This document shows positions 1 to 11,220 of a stretch of 64,000 nt of DNA, piece after piece. A model generated the notes under the pieces. It was not told the DNA's origin. It did not search any database and saw nothing but the letters and a program-made list of their open reading frames with translations. The stretch is taken from contig JALNYL010000004.1 of NCBI GenBank assembly GCA_023229865.1, positions 17,773-81,772 of the forward strand, read 5' to 3'. The DNA comes from Minisyncoccota bacterium (lineage in GTDB: Bacteria; Patescibacteriota; Minisyncoccia; Phycocordibacterales; UBA1550). Position 1 is the stretch's first letter. Each line of letters starts with the position of its first letter. Made by a program: the position numbers and the translations under genes.

Positions 1-449
1 TTCTGAGCGAGTTCCTGGTAGTACGGTTGGGCTTCATGGAGCTCGGTGATGTAACACGGAAAGTGGATGTAGGTAGTTCCTTTCAGTGTGAGCATGGCGT
101 TTAGCCCGACCTCTCGAGTTGCATCGGTTCGTATGTCGGTTCGATAAATGATAGCCTTGCCTTTTGCGGCGAGGGCCAACCCGTATTCGACACACGTGCC
201 ACTGTCAGCGTCGGGACCATCCACGCAACCCACGTAGAGGTAAGTGCTCTCCTCTGCTGATTTTCGGCAGTGTTCTTTGATTCTTTCGAGTGCGGTGCGG
301 GGGAATGCTTCGATAAATTTTTTTGCATCGCGCTGAGGCAAAACGACACGATACCCCAAGTCCTTGAGATATCTTTCGAGATACAAGTTGTGAAGTCTTT
401 CACCTGCCCCGAATAATGGTGCCGCTAAATACAAGATTGTGTCTTTCAT
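1..449 (-). CDS. Nucleoside 2-deoxyribosyltransferase family protein (3' end runs off the window)
   Basis: Hand translation from ATG at 449 (SD AAGGAGAG): MKDTILYLAAPLFGAGERLHN...GYRVVLPQRD...DGPDADSGTCVEYGLA. It has the YLAxPxF, LPQ and DxDSGTxxExG motifs. Missing from the ORF track because it has no stop in the window. Confidence 0.85.
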   Translation of the reverse strand, partial: MKDTILYLAAPLFGAGERLHNLYLERYLKDLGYRVVLPQRDAKKFIEAFPRTALERIKEHCRKSAEESTYLYVGCVDGPDADSGTCVEYGLALAAKGKAIIYRTDIRTDATREVGLNAMLTLKGTTYIHFPCYITELHEAQPYYQELAQ

Positions 450-582
450 TATGCTCTCCTTTGGTTGTTTAAGCCTGAATTAACAGGGGACATTGCTGGG
501 GTCATATTGCCTCACGGTGGGTGAAAAGTCAAACCTGATTCGGTGTGCTACAATACATTCAACATTCGATATTCTATTCACT

Positions 583-2253
583 ATGACCCAAGACGAAGCA
601 TTTGAAATACTAAAAACAGGACGCAATGTCTTTGTGACAGGGCCTGCAGGGAGTGGGAAGACGCACCTCGTCAATCGCTACATTGCGTATCTCCGCGAGC
701 ACAATATCGATATCGGCATTACTGCGTCGACAGGGATTGCGGCTACGCACATGGGCGGCGTGACTATTCACTCGTGGGCAGGGATTGGTGTGGCGGCGCA
801 TCTCTCGCCGTACGACCTCGAGGCGATGCTTGAGAAGGGGTATCTCCATAAGCGTTTTGAAAAAGTGAAAGTGCTCATCATTGATGAGGTGTCGATGCTT
901 CACCATTTTCGTCTTGATTTGGTAAACAATGTGCTTAAAACGATGAAGCACTCATCGAAACCGTTTGGTGGTGTGCAAGTTATCTTGGTGGGAGATTTTT
1001 TCCAACTTCCGCCTATTGCGCGCATGGGAGAGCCCGAGGCGCGCTTTGTGTATGCGAGTGATGCGTGGAGGGAGGCTGGATTTACTATTTGTTATTTGTC
1101 GGAACAGTATCGTCAACAGGACGATGCGGCTATTTCAATCTTGAACGAGATTCGCGCAGGGCAAGTTTCTCCGCAGGCTCGTGCGCATTTGAAATCGCGC
1201 CACAATGTGCGATCGCCAAAGTTTACTACCTCAACAAAACTTTTTACGCACAACGCTGATGTGGATTCTTTGAATGACGACGAGCTCGATCGCATTCCTG
1301 ATAGTGAGGTCACTCAATACGAAATGACAACGCGTGGTAATGAAAAAATCGCAGCAACGCTCAAAAAGTCTTGTCTTGCCCCAGAATTTCTCCGCTTGAA
1401 ACCAGGTGCGCGTGTGATGTGTGTGAAAAACAATTTTGAAGCAGGGTATGTGAACGGCACGCTCGGCGTCGTCGTTGAGTGTGGAGAGATGGATGACCCT
1501 GTGATTCAGACTGCAAATGGAAAGACGATAACCATTTCGCGTGCATCTTGGAAGATTGAAGAGGACGGCAAGGTGAAAGCGGAGATTCTTCAATACCCAC
1601 TTCGTCTTGCGTGGGCAATCACCGTGCACAAGAGTCAGGGGATGAGCCTTGATGCAGTCGAGGTTGATCTCTCGAAATCATTTGAGCCAGGGATGGGGTA
1701 CGTGGCGCTTTCTCGTGTGCGCACGCTTGAGGGGCTCACGATTTTAGGAATCAATGAAAATGCGCTTCAGGTGCATAGCGAGGTGCGGGAACTTGATGCG
1801 GATTTCCGCGAGCTTTCGCGTGAGGCGCGGGAGAGTATGAAAAAGATTGACCCCAAAGAGCTCAAGCGTGAGCAGGAGGAATTTCTCGCGCGTTCAAAGC
1901 CACCAGAAAAAGAAAAGAAGCTTCCCACTCACAAAGAGACTGAGCTCCTTATCGCCGAGAAAAAAAGTCTCGCAGAAATTGCAGAGGCACGTGGTATGAC
2001 CGTGGAGACTATTATTTCACATATTGAAAAACTTATAGAAGAAGAGTCTCGCACATCGATGGAGTATTTGAAATTTGAAATTTCTCGTCCGCATTTTTTG
2101 AAAATAGAGAAGGCGATTGAAGAACTTCAGAAAGAGGGGAAAGTACTCCTCCTCTCTCCAATAAAAAACAAAGTCGGCCCCAATGTGTCATTTCTTCATA
2201 TCCGTCTTGCGCGAGCGCTTTTAGGGCACACACCAAAAGGCGAAGGGAAATAA
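583..2253 (+). CDS. Pif1-family SF1B helicase with C-terminal helix-turn-helix domain
   Basis: Walker A GPAGSGKT, IIDEVSM, GDFFQLPP, QYPLRLAWAITVHKSQGMSLD, YVALSR; start moved to MTQDEAF. Confidence 0.92.
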   Translation: MTQDEAFEILKTGRNVFVTGPAGSGKTHLVNRYIAYLREHNIDIGITASTGIAATHMGGVTIHSWAGIGVAAHLSPYDLEAMLEKGYLHKRFEKVKVLIIDEVSMLHHFRLDLVNNVLKTMKHSSKPFGGVQVILVGDFFQLPPIARMGEPEARFVYASDAWREAGFTICYLSEQYRQQDDAAISILNEIRAGQVSPQARAHLKSRHNVRSPKFTTSTKLFTHNADVDSLNDDELDRIPDSEVTQYEMTTRGNEKIAATLKKSCLAPEFLRLKPGARVMCVKNNFEAGYVNGTLGVVVECGEMDDPVIQTANGKTITISRASWKIEEDGKVKAEILQYPLRLAWAITVHKSQGMSLDAVEVDLSKSFEPGMGYVALSRVRTLEGLTILGINENALQVHSEVRELDADFRELSREARESMKKIDPKELKREQEEFLARSKPPEKEKKLPTHKETELLIAEKKSLAEIAEARGMTVETIISHIEKLIEEESRTSMEYLKFEISRPHFLKIEKAIEELQKEGKVLLLSPIKNKVGPNVSFLHIRLARALLGHTPKGEGK

Positions 2254-2305
2254 AATTGCTATTTGGGCGCAATTCTGGTAGGTTGTCGGAGGAAAGGAGG
2301 TCCAC

Positions 2306-2707
2306 ATGGCCTTACGTACGAAGTGTATTTTTGATCCAAAGGAAAAAGACGATGGTCTCCGCGTTTCGATAATGCGGAGCCATAACAATCCTGACGGAGT
2401 AACCCCAGACTCGAGAATCCAAAAAGATTTGTTTAATCGGCATCTCTCGAACCTTGCTCCATCCGAAGAGCTCCTCGGCCAGTTTCATCGCCGACGAGTA
2501 GCTTGGGAGGAGTTTGAAAAGCGATTTTCCTGGGAACTAGAACTTGGTGACAATCCCGTGACGTTGCGAGAAATAGCAAAAATATCGTTGCGCACCAATG
2601 TAACCATTTTGTCTGTTGAACGCGATTCCCGCTTTTCGCATCGACGTGTTGTGGCAGACAAGTGCCAGCAACTTGTTCCCGGTATTCTTGTTGAACACTA
2701 CATATAA
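2306..2707 (+). CDS. DUF488/YeaO-like protein
   Basis: DDGLRVSIMR, LAPSEELL, WEEFEKRF and SHRRVVA motifs; SD AGGAGGT. Confidence 0.75.
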   Translation: MALRTKCIFDPKEKDDGLRVSIMRSHNNPDGVTPDSRIQKDLFNRHLSNLAPSEELLGQFHRRRVAWEEFEKRFSWELELGDNPVTLREIAKISLRTNVTILSVERDSRFSHRRVVADKCQQLVPGILVEHYI

Positions 2708-2900
2708 CCAGCCCGCACCCGGACTTTACAGTCCGGGTGTTTTTGTTGTGTGCTGTATTTTGCCGTAATGTTTCTGGAGACGGTGCGTCATTAGTAATAG
2801 ACAGCCTACACAGACCCACCCTGACAGAATCCGCACAAGCGACTTCGTCAGGGCGAATCTGTTTTCGTTCATTCAAAGCACAAATTGAGAGGAGATTATT

Positions 2901-3590
2901 ATGCTCGCAACCATCACTGGAAGATTTTTAAAATTCCAGAGTGAGGTGTTGCCGCGTTTTGCAACCTCCTCTGTGAAGACACCTTCGCGTACCAACGCAG
3001 AGCAAGAGAAGGGAGTGTGCCTTGTGAAAGAAGAAGAGTTTGCTTCCATTGGCGCTTTCGTTAAGCGTTTGGTCCCGCATGCTTCGCATTTGTCACACAT
3101 TTTTGATTATTTGCCGAAGGTTTATCATGATCTTGCAACGGCAGAAATCGCAAAAGAAAACGGCGCAGTGTCTGATTCCGTCGGTGCGACCGACGGAGAA
3201 TACACACTCTCGGCTGACATAAGCACCAACTCCCTTTACGCACTCAACGAGGCTGATGTCTCGATTGTGGAGCTCGACGGCGAGGGGCGTGCTATGTTTT
3301 GCAAAAAGCTCGTGTATGCCGCGGAGCGCGTGGTGATCAGTTGTCACTCGTGCTACCATTTTGCGGACGTGCGATACTTGATGCACCTCGTGGACCACCT
3401 TGATGAAGTCCCGCGTATTATGAAAAACGGCAAAGGAAATATCTTTGCGGGAACCATAATCACGGTGGGGGATACTCACTATGTCCCCGTGGCTAAATTC
3501 TCAGATGGTACCTTCGAGGTCGAGTTGATCTCGTTCGACTCTAAACTTGAGAACGTAGCGCAATTTGTGATTATTGAAAGAAATCGTTAA
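2901..3590 (+). CDS. Hypothetical protein, paralog of 3734..4489
   Basis: Shares HFxxDVRxLMxLxDHLxEVP...KxGKxNxFAGT with the next ORF; SD GAGGAG. Confidence 0.75.
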   Translation: MLATITGRFLKFQSEVLPRFATSSVKTPSRTNAEQEKGVCLVKEEEFASIGAFVKRLVPHASHLSHIFDYLPKVYHDLATAEIAKENGAVSDSVGATDGEYTLSADISTNSLYALNEADVSIVELDGEGRAMFCKKLVYAAERVVISCHSCYHFADVRYLMHLVDHLDEVPRIMKNGKGNIFAGTIITVGDTHYVPVAKFSDGTFEVELISFDSKLENVAQFVIIERNR

Positions 3591-3733
3591 TGCGACAGGG
3601 CCTAGGCCGTGTCGCATTTTTTCTTTTTATCGAAGCGGGGTGAATCTTGACATATCTCATAATTGTGTGTTAGCATCCTGTTTAGATGAACCATATTGGT
3701 TCTTTCAAAAAACACGAAATGGAGGGTTTTTAA

Positions 3734-4489
3734 ATGAGCACACCTGAAGATACATCTGTTCTCGCTCCGCGTCCTCCGGGCTCGCGGATCAAAAATGCAT
3801 ACCCAATGATCGGGCCCGGTTCTCGGCAACCCAGCGAACCCGAACCCATCCTCGAAAAATCAGCCCCCTCTCCTTCGGGAAGGGAACAGCTGCGTGCAAT
3901 CAATAAGTATGTCGATTGCTTGATTCGTTTCTGTTATCACAACTGTCCGATCAAGATGCTTGCGGTGCCCATGTTGGTGCCGTCCCCGCTTGGCTGGTAC
4001 TCTCGCCTTGTCAGTGATATGGTTGAAGTAGAGCGAATGATGGGGAAGACACTCTCGGATTCAAAGGCTTTTGAATTGAAGCCCGAAGAAGAACACTGGG
4101 GTGGATATACCCTCACGGAAGGGTTGTTCAACACTCCCTTGAGTGATGTCATCTACTACCGTGTTTCAGTCGACGCTGTTTCCTGGAGAACGGGGGCGAA
4201 TTGTGTGGGGAAACTCATCAAGGTTGCCCGTGATTCGATAATGAAGAACAGTGTGAATCACTTCATCTCGGATGTCCGTCACTTGATGTATCTGATGGAT
4301 CACCTCGAAGAAGTCCCTGAAACTCTCAAGAGCGGAAAGGCAAACGTCTTCGCGGGTACGACGGTGATGATCGGCTCTACCCCTCATGTGATTGCTGCTA
4401 CGTGGAATGGAACGTCTTTTGACAACAAGTTCCTTCCGCTCTGGCAAAATCTCAAAGAAGACATCCAGATCGTGATGATTCGTAAGTAA
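3734..4489 (+). CDS. Hypothetical protein, paralog of 2901..3590
   Basis: Same C-terminal motif; promoter TTGACA(3647)-18-TAGCAT; SD GGAGG; terminator follows. Confidence 0.75.
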   Translation: MSTPEDTSVLAPRPPGSRIKNAYPMIGPGSRQPSEPEPILEKSAPSPSGREQLRAINKYVDCLIRFCYHNCPIKMLAVPMLVPSPLGWYSRLVSDMVEVERMMGKTLSDSKAFELKPEEEHWGGYTLTEGLFNTPLSDVIYYRVSVDAVSWRTGANCVGKLIKVARDSIMKNSVNHFISDVRHLMYLMDHLEEVPETLKSGKANVFAGTTVMIGSTPHVIAATWNGTSFDNKFLPLWQNLKEDIQIVMIRK

Positions 4490-4549
4490 TACAAGCGCGA
4501 GCCCTCCTGGGGCCCGCGCTTTTTGTTTTGCGCGTGGTATTATATATGC

Positions 4550-6907
4550 ATGGCAAAGACACAATATGTTTGTCCGATGCATCCCGAAATCGTGCGTGAT
4601 GTCCCTGGGGTTTGCCCGTTGTGCGGGATGACGCTTGTGCCTATTCAAAATACTCAAACATACAAAATCAAAGGAATGCGTTGCGCGGGGTGCGCGGGGA
4701 CTATTGAAAAAACATTAAAGAAAACAGAAGGGGTGCACACAGCGGAGGCCAACTACGGCAATGAATCACTGCGTGTCTCTTTTGATCCTACTCAAACAAA
4801 CTTTGAAACATTTTCTCACCATCTTGAGCCACTCGGTTACACCCTTGCGGCAGAAGACCACTCTTTGCATACCGGGATCAATCAATCAAAACAAGAAAAA
4901 CTTTCTGAACTCGCACAGATGAAACGCACGCTCCTCGTCGCTCTTCCTCTTGCAACGTTGAGTATCGTCGCAATGGTTTGGGATATTGTTGTGGGGCTCA
5001 ATATCTTCCCTGAGATGCCATACGGAGTTCTCGGTGTTTTTGATAAAGCGCTCCCGCTTATCGCGACATACATACTTTTTGTGGTGGGGAAGCCATACCT
5101 CGTTGGTTTTTATCGTTTTGTTCGTCATGGCCACGCGACGATGGACACGCTTGTAGGGATGGGGACCTCGGTCGCTTATCTCTATAGTATCGTCGTTACA
5201 TTTTGGGGAGAATCATTACAGCGCTACATAGGAGCAAGTCATACTTATTATGATGTCACGATTATTGTGATTACGTTTGTCGCGCTCGGAAAATATCTCG
5301 AAGCCCGCTCGAAACTCCACATGGGAGACGCGATTGAAAAATTATTAAATCTCCAAGCAAAGACGGCACTCATAATTCGTGACGGGGTTGCGGCGGAAGT
5401 TTCTGTTTTTTTGGTTAAGCACGGAGACCTCGTTGCGGTAAAACCCGGCTCGCGCATCCCCGTAGATGGGGTCCTCACCGAGGGCTCCTCGTTTGTTGAT
5501 GAGTCGATGATCACGGGAGAATCGATGCCTGTCGAAAAAAGGGTTGGTGATCGCGTCGTGGCGGGGACCATAAACACAAGTGGCGCGTTTGTGTTTAGCG
5601 TTACCAAGGTTGGTGCCGAAACAGTTCTTGCTCACATTATTAAAATGGTTGAAAACGCGCAGGGGAGCCGAGCGCCGATTCAGTCTCTCGCCGACAAGAT
5701 TTCTGCAATCTTTGTTCCCTCAGTGCTTGTCGTCGCACTCCTTTCGCTCGCTGTCTGGGTTTTGTTTTTTGCGAACACGTTTGGTTTCTCTCGTGCGCTT
5801 TCGTATGGTCTGACTGCGTTTGTGGGAGTCCTTGTGATTTCTTGCCCATGCGCTCTTGGGCTCGCTACCCCTACCGCGATTATTGTGGGAGTGGGGAAGG
5901 GTGCTCGCGAGGGTATCCTTATAAAAGACGCAGCAACGCTTGAGAAACTTTATAATGTTGATACGGTTATCGTCGACAAGACGGGGACGATCACAAGAGG
6001 AAAGCCAGAATTTTTATCTCTCAAAAATTATTCAAATCAACGTGATGAGGATGTCCTCGCCATCCTCGCGACACTCGAGAGCAAATCCGAGCATCCTGTC
6101 GCGCACGCGATTTTGCAGCACGCAGCTTCGCAGGGGATTACTATTCTCCCTGTTGAGAATTTCGAAAGTAGTAGTGGGCAAGGGGTTCATGCGCGAGTTC
6201 TTGGTGAAGAATATTTTGCGGGCAACGTAGCGTTTGTCGCTGCTCTAGGAATTGCTTTTAACGAAAGTTCCCTAAAGGAAGAAACAGCAAAAGGAGCGAC
6301 CCCTGTTATTTTGTTTACCAAAAAAGAAGTCATTGCGGTAGCGTTTGTTGCTGATAGGGTTAAGGACGAAGCAAGTGCTGCGGTGGGGGACCTTCGCAAA
6401 AAAGGTATTCGCGTGATTATGGTTACGGGCGACGACATGGACACCGCGCACACAATTGCCCGCGAGGTTGGTATTGATGAATTCTTCGCCAATATTTCTC
6501 CTGAGGGGAAGCTTTCAAAAATCAAAGAGCTTCAAGATGAAGGTCGTGTCGTGGCGATGGCAGGGGATGGGATAAACGACGCGCCTGCTCTTGCTCAGGC
6601 TGATGTGGGTATTGCGATGAGTACGGGGACCGATGTCGCGATCGAGACCGCAGGCCTTACACTTCTCAATGGAGATATTTCGAAGCTCGTAAAAGCAGTG
6701 CGTCTTTCTCGCGCAACAATGCGTGTTATCAAACAAAATCTATTTTGGGCATTTATTTTTAATCTCATCGGGATTCCTCTCGCCGCGGGGTTGTTCTATC
6801 CGATTTTTGGATGGCTCCTCAGTCCTGTGTTTGCGGGGACGGCGATGGCGTTCTCGAGTGTCCTCGTGGTTACCAACTCCCTTCGCCTCAACGCAAAATC
6901 AATCTGA
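4550..6907 (+). CDS. copA: Copper-type P1B heavy-metal translocating ATPase
   Basis: [44 protein letters not shown]. Confidence 0.92.
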   Translation: MAKTQYVCPMHPEIVRDVPGVCPLCGMTLVPIQNTQTYKIKGMRCAGCAGTIEKTLKKTEGVHTAEANYGNESLRVSFDPTQTNFETFSHHLEPLGYTLAAEDHSLHTGINQSKQEKLSELAQMKRTLLVALPLATLSIVAMVWDIVVGLNIFPEMPYGVLGVFDKALPLIATYILFVVGKPYLVGFYRFVRHGHATMDTLVGMGTSVAYLYSIVVTFWGESLQRYIGASHTYYDVTIIVITFVALGKYLEARSKLHMGDAIEKLLNLQAKTALIIRDGVAAEVSVFLVKHGDLVAVKPGSRIPVDGVLTEGSSFVDESMITGESMPVEKRVGDRVVAGTINTSGAFVFSVTKVGAETVLAHIIKMVENAQGSRAPIQSLADKISAIFVPSVLVVALLSLAVWVLFFANTFGFSRALSYGLTAFVGVLVISCPCALGLATPTAIIVGVGKGAREGILIKDAATLEKLYNVDTVIVDKTGTITRGKPEFLSLKNYSNQRDEDVLAILATLESKSEHPVAHAILQHAASQGITILPVENFESSSGQGVHARVLGEEYFAGNVAFVAALGIAFNESSLKEETAKGATPVILFTKKEVIAVAFVADRVKDEASAAVGDLRKKGIRVIMVTGDDMDTAHTIAREVGIDEFFANISPEGKLSKIKELQDEGRVVAMAGDGINDAPALAQADVGIAMSTGTDVAIETAGLTLLNGDISKLVKAVRLSRATMRVIKQNLFWAFIFNLIGIPLAAGLFYPIFGWLLSPVFAGTAMAFSSVLVVTNSLRLNAKSI

Positions 6908-6985
6908 GTTGCTGGTGATTACGGGATGTAGTACTCTGTGGTGAGTTAAGTCTTATTGTTCCTCACACTCTCTTAGGGAGGTCAT

Positions 6986-7195
6986 ATGGATGACAGACTG
7001 TGGATGGCCCTTTTGGGGATGCTGGTTTTCACGGTTTCTTTGTTTGTGTTTGTTGTTACACACTTTATCTTTGATCCACGACTGATTGTGCTTTCATACT
7101 TCTTGATTCCTATTGTGTGGGTTTCGGCATGCTGGTTCCTCTCATTCTTCCGGATACGCACCTCTTTTCTCAAGAACATTTTCCCATTGTTCTAA
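6986..7195 (+). CDS. Small two-TM membrane protein
   Basis: Two hydrophobic stretches; SD GGGAGGT; own promoter and terminator. Confidence 0.6.
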   Translation: MDDRLWMALLGMLVFTVSLFVFVVTHFIFDPRLIVLSYFLIPIVWVSACWFLSFFRIRTSFLKNIFPLF

Positions 7196-7310
7196 CCCCG
7201 TCATGAAATAGTGGCGGGGTTTGTTTTTGCCAGTTTTCCATTGCGGTTATTATTCGTTCCGTTGTATAATATACGTATTACTGGAAGTAGTTTTTAATAG
7301 ATAATTTTAT

Positions 7311-8597
7311 ATGAAAAAGCCCCACGTAGTTGTGCTCGGTGGAAACTTTGCAGGTATGGGTAGCGCCCAGAAGATTCGTGAGTATGCAGGAAATGCGGTA
7401 GATATTACCGTTATTGATCGCAAGGATTATTTGCTTTTCGTTCCCAATATTCCGAATGAAGTTCTCGAAAACAGAGACCCTCAGGACTCTTTGAAGATGG
7501 ACATCCCATCAACACTCAAGAGAGATGGAATCAATTTTATTCAAGCAGAAGTTACTGGACTTGATGTAGACAAAAAGACCGTGACGTATGTACCAGCAGA
7601 GCGTCCGGGTGCGGAGGCTCATTCAATGGCATACGACTATGTTGTCGTTGCTGTCGGATGTCGTCTTGCTTTCGACAAGATTCCTGGTTTCGCTGAGTAC
7701 GGTGATACGGTTGCGGATTTTTATCACGGCAATCGTTTGCGCGCAAAGCTCCACAATGGTGGCTACAAGGGTGGACCGATTGTTATCGGTTCAGCACTTT
7801 GGCATCAGGGAGATGGGGCGAAGGATGTAAAGCCTTACGGCACTGGAAGTATCCCTGCAGCCCTTGCTGCATGTGAAGGTCCAACCGTGGAAATGGCACT
7901 TTCAATGGCTACATGGCTCCAGAATCACAACATGGGGGATGCGAAGAAAATCACCATCACAACTCCCGCTGAAGTCATCGCAGAGGATGCGGGCGAGAAG
8001 GTTGTGGGGACGCTTCTTGGGGCCGCAGGAGCTATGGGCTTCAACTATGTAAACAATACCCGCGATATCGTACGTCTCACGGAGACTCACATTGAGTTTG
8101 AAGGAGGCCAGAAGATTGAAGCGGAGATTAAGGTTATTTTCCCAGACTGGGAAGCGTACAAGTTCCTTCAGGGTCTTCCTATTTCTGACAACAAGGGCTT
8201 TGTGATTACTGACCTCCTTATGCGTAACCCAAAGTACCCTGAGGTATTCGCAGCAGGAGACTGTGCAGCGGTGACCGTGCCAAAGCTTGGCTCAATCGGG
8301 CACGAAGAATGTGAAATCGTTGGACGCCAGATCGCAGCAGCGGTGGGTAAGATGACCCCCGAAAAGGCAAATACACCTCTCAATCCGGTAGTACTCTGTC
8401 TTGGTGATATGGGAAATTCAAAAGCATTCTACATTCGTTCAAACTCTTGGTTTGGAGGGCCAACACAGGAACTTCGTTTTGGTCGTAGAAACTTCTTCCT
8501 TAAGATGCGCTACCGCGATCTCTTCTTCTGGGGTAAGGGCAAGACTCCTTCATGGGGAAATAAATTTGCCACATGGCTCGCAGAAGTTCTTAAGTAA
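7311..8597 (+). CDS. Sulfide:quinone oxidoreductase-like FAD-dependent oxidoreductase
   Basis: VVVLGGNFAG Rossmann motif, ACEGP and LCLGDMG cysteine motifs, VFAAGD. Confidence 0.75.
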   Translation: MKKPHVVVLGGNFAGMGSAQKIREYAGNAVDITVIDRKDYLLFVPNIPNEVLENRDPQDSLKMDIPSTLKRDGINFIQAEVTGLDVDKKTVTYVPAERPGAEAHSMAYDYVVVAVGCRLAFDKIPGFAEYGDTVADFYHGNRLRAKLHNGGYKGGPIVIGSALWHQGDGAKDVKPYGTGSIPAALAACEGPTVEMALSMATWLQNHNMGDAKKITITTPAEVIAEDAGEKVVGTLLGAAGAMGFNYVNNTRDIVRLTETHIEFEGGQKIEAEIKVIFPDWEAYKFLQGLPISDNKGFVITDLLMRNPKYPEVFAAGDCAAVTVPKLGSIGHEECEIVGRQIAAAVGKMTPEKANTPLNPVVLCLGDMGNSKAFYIRSNSWFGGPTQELRFGRRNFFLKMRYRDLFFWGKGKTPSWGNKFATWLAEVLK

Positions 8598-8611
8598 AGA
8601 AACTTCGATAT

Positions 8612-8657
8612 AAAACACACCGCCCGCGATTCAGCCGAATCGCGGGCGGTGTGTTTT
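8612..8657. repeat. REP-like palindrome/bidirectional terminator, GATTC-AGCC-GAATC family
   Basis: Perfect inverted repeat around AGCC; related copies at 14382, 32905, 35283, 37700. Confidence 0.85.
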
Positions 8658-8743
8658 TGCTATTCCCTCGGGTGTATACTATAGGTAGTGAAATATAACA
8701 GCGTGCACAGGTGTAGTAGTTTGTGTAATCCTATAAATATACA

Positions 8744-10504
8744 ATGAATAATTTTTTACAAACGAAGGTTGATTGGGCTAGGGCACACAAGAAGACTGCG
8801 GCAGTTGCGAGCATCCTTGTTTTAGGTGGGGGATATTTTCTTTACGGGGCAGTCTTTTCTTCGACAAGCACCGAGACGCGCTATGTCCTTGGGGCAGTAA
8901 CCAAGGGAACTATCATCTCTTCTGTTTCTGCGAGTGGGCAGGTTTCTGCTTCAAATCAGCTCTCGATTCAGCCAAAAGTTTCAGGAGAAATTATCTCTAT
9001 CAATGTTCTCCCTAATCAAAAAGTAACAGCAGGAACCGTCATCGCGGTTCTCGACTCTACTACTGCACAAAAGAATGTACGCGACGCCGAGGTAAATCTC
9101 GAAAGCGCGCAGCTTTCTCTTGAAAAACTCAAGAAGCCGACTGACGCCCTCTCGCTCATTCAGGCAGAGAACGCACTCGCGCAAGCCGAAGTTACGCTTG
9201 AAAAATCATACGACGATGGTTTCAACTCGGTCTCAAATGCGTTCCTTGCGCTCCCTGATGTGATGACAGGACTTCAGGATATTCTTTATGGTCTGACGGT
9301 GAGTTCGTCTCGTTCGCAGGACAATATTTCTGCATACGCTGATATGGTGAGTTCGTACGATAGTAATGTGACGAGATTTAGTAATGATGCAGCAGCCAAG
9401 TACAAGACGGCACGTACCGCGTATGATGCGACCTATCTCAAATATCGCTCACTTACACGCACCGCAAGCAAACAAGACGTTGAAGATTTGATTCTTGAGA
9501 CGTACAACACGACGAAGGTTGTTGCTGATGCGGTAAAGAGCACCAACGATCTCCTTGGTTTCGTGGAAGACAAGCTCACGATTCAGAGTCGTACGATTCC
9601 TGCAATCCTCAGCACACACCAAAATCAAACATCGACCTACACCTCAAACACCAATTCGCATCTCCTCACGCTTCTCGCTATCAAAAACACTATTATCTCA
9701 GCGAAGTATTCAATCGCAGAGAAGACGCAATCCCTCGCCGACCTCAAAGCAGGGACAGACCCTCTCGATATTAAGTCAGCGGAGCTTACCCTCACGCAGC
9801 GCAAGAATACGCTCGCTGATGCAAAAGCAACTCTTGCGGACTATTACGTGCGTGCGCCGTTTGACGGAACAGTCGCTTCTCTCGGTGTGAAAAAATATGA
9901 TACCGCATCTTCGGGTACAGAAATCGCAACACTCCTTACGAGCCAGCGCGTTGCCGAGCTCTCTCTCAATGAAGTCGATGCAGCAAAAGTGAGCGTCGGG
10001 GCGAAGGCTACACTCACCTTTGATGCTATCGAAGACCTCACCCTCACAGGGCAGATTGCAGAAGTGGATACTATTGGAGCAGTGACGAGCGGGGTGGTGT
10101 CGTATTCAATCAAAATTGGTTTCGATAGTCAGGATGAGCGCGTGAAGCCAGGAATGACCGTAAACGCGTCTATCCAAACAGCAGTGAAACAAGACGTCCT
10201 CATGGTGCCATCAGGCGCAGTGAAAACTCAGAACGAAGTAAGCCGTGCGCAAGTATTTTCTCCAGCACTCGCGACAACAGGAGGAACACAAGGGGTTACT
10301 TCAGATACGCTTCCTGTGTCTGTTGAAGTGACCGTCGGTATTTCTGATGACACCAATGTAGAAATTTTGTCAGGACTCAAAGAAGGGGATCAGGTTGTGG
10401 TGCGAACTATTTCAGGGGCAACAGCCGCAAAAACAACCACAACAACCTCGAGGACAAACACACAGGGTGGGCCTAGTGTGGGAGGTGCACTTCGAGGATT
10501 CTAA
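8744..10504 (+). CDS. Efflux periplasmic adaptor subunit (MacA/HlyD-like)
   Basis: N-terminal TM, lipoyl halves (PKVSGEI; VRAPFDGTV), long coiled coil, KPGMTV. Confidence 0.88.
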   Translation: MNNFLQTKVDWARAHKKTAAVASILVLGGGYFLYGAVFSSTSTETRYVLGAVTKGTIISSVSASGQVSASNQLSIQPKVSGEIISINVLPNQKVTAGTVIAVLDSTTAQKNVRDAEVNLESAQLSLEKLKKPTDALSLIQAENALAQAEVTLEKSYDDGFNSVSNAFLALPDVMTGLQDILYGLTVSSSRSQDNISAYADMVSSYDSNVTRFSNDAAAKYKTARTAYDATYLKYRSLTRTASKQDVEDLILETYNTTKVVADAVKSTNDLLGFVEDKLTIQSRTIPAILSTHQNQTSTYTSNTNSHLLTLLAIKNTIISAKYSIAEKTQSLADLKAGTDPLDIKSAELTLTQRKNTLADAKATLADYYVRAPFDGTVASLGVKKYDTASSGTEIATLLTSQRVAELSLNEVDAAKVSVGAKATLTFDAIEDLTLTGQIAEVDTIGAVTSGVVSYSIKIGFDSQDERVKPGMTVNASIQTAVKQDVLMVPSGAVKTQNEVSRAQVFSPALATTGGTQGVTSDTLPVSVEVTVGISDDTNVEILSGLKEGDQVVVRTISGATAAKTTTTTSRTNTQGGPSVGGALRGF

Positions 10505-10513
10505 ACATTCTCT

Positions 10514-11218
10514 ATGATTAAAGTTGATAACATAACAAAGACATACGGTTCAGGAGACATGGCGTTTCAAGCGCTCAAGGGTGCTTCGTTTACGATTAAA
10601 GAAGGTGAATTTGTGGCGATTATGGGACCCTCAGGATCAGGGAAGTCGACACTCATGCACATTCTTGGCTGTCTCGATACGCCCACAAGTGGTTCGTATT
10701 TTCTCGACGGCAAAGATGTTTCGACGCTCGATGATGAAAGTCTAGCGGATATTCGCAATGAAAAAATCGGTTTTGTATTTCAGGCATTCAACCTCCTTCC
10801 GCGCACGACCGTGCTTCGCAATGTGATGCTTCCGCTCGTGTATGCGGGTGTCCCCGAGGAAGAGCGTGAGAAGCGAGCGACGCAAGCGCTCTACGCTGCA
10901 GGCCTCACTGAGACGCACTTCACGCACAAGAGTAATGAAATCTCAGGCGGACAGGTGCAGCGCGTCGCCATCGCACGCGCCCTCGTAAATAATCCTTCCC
11001 TTATTCTCGCTGATGAGCCGACGGGAAACCTTGATACCAAGACGGGGGACATCGTCCTTGCTACATTCCAAAAACTCAACAAAGAACACGGCAGCACTAT
11101 TGTGCTCATTACGCACGAGCCCGACGTGGCTGCTTATGCGGAGCGTATCATTACCGTGCGCGACGGAGCTATCGTGTCTGATGTGAAAAACGCATCACAA
11201 AAAATTCACGCACTATAA
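10514..11218 (+). CDS. MacB/LolD-type ABC transporter ATP-binding protein
   Basis: [32 protein letters not shown]. Confidence 0.95.
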   Translation: MIKVDNITKTYGSGDMAFQALKGASFTIKEGEFVAIMGPSGSGKSTLMHILGCLDTPTSGSYFLDGKDVSTLDDESLADIRNEKIGFVFQAFNLLPRTTVLRNVMLPLVYAGVPEEEREKRATQALYAAGLTETHFTHKSNEISGGQVQRVAIARALVNNPSLILADEPTGNLDTKTGDIVLATFQKLNKEHGSTIVLITHEPDVAAYAERIITVRDGAIVSDVKNASQKIHAL

Positions 11219-11220
11219 TT

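Noticed and set aside
101-403. 100-aa minus-strand ORF in the track
   Set aside because: Wrong frame; the real gene is the overlapping nucleoside deoxyribosyltransferase frame starting at 449.
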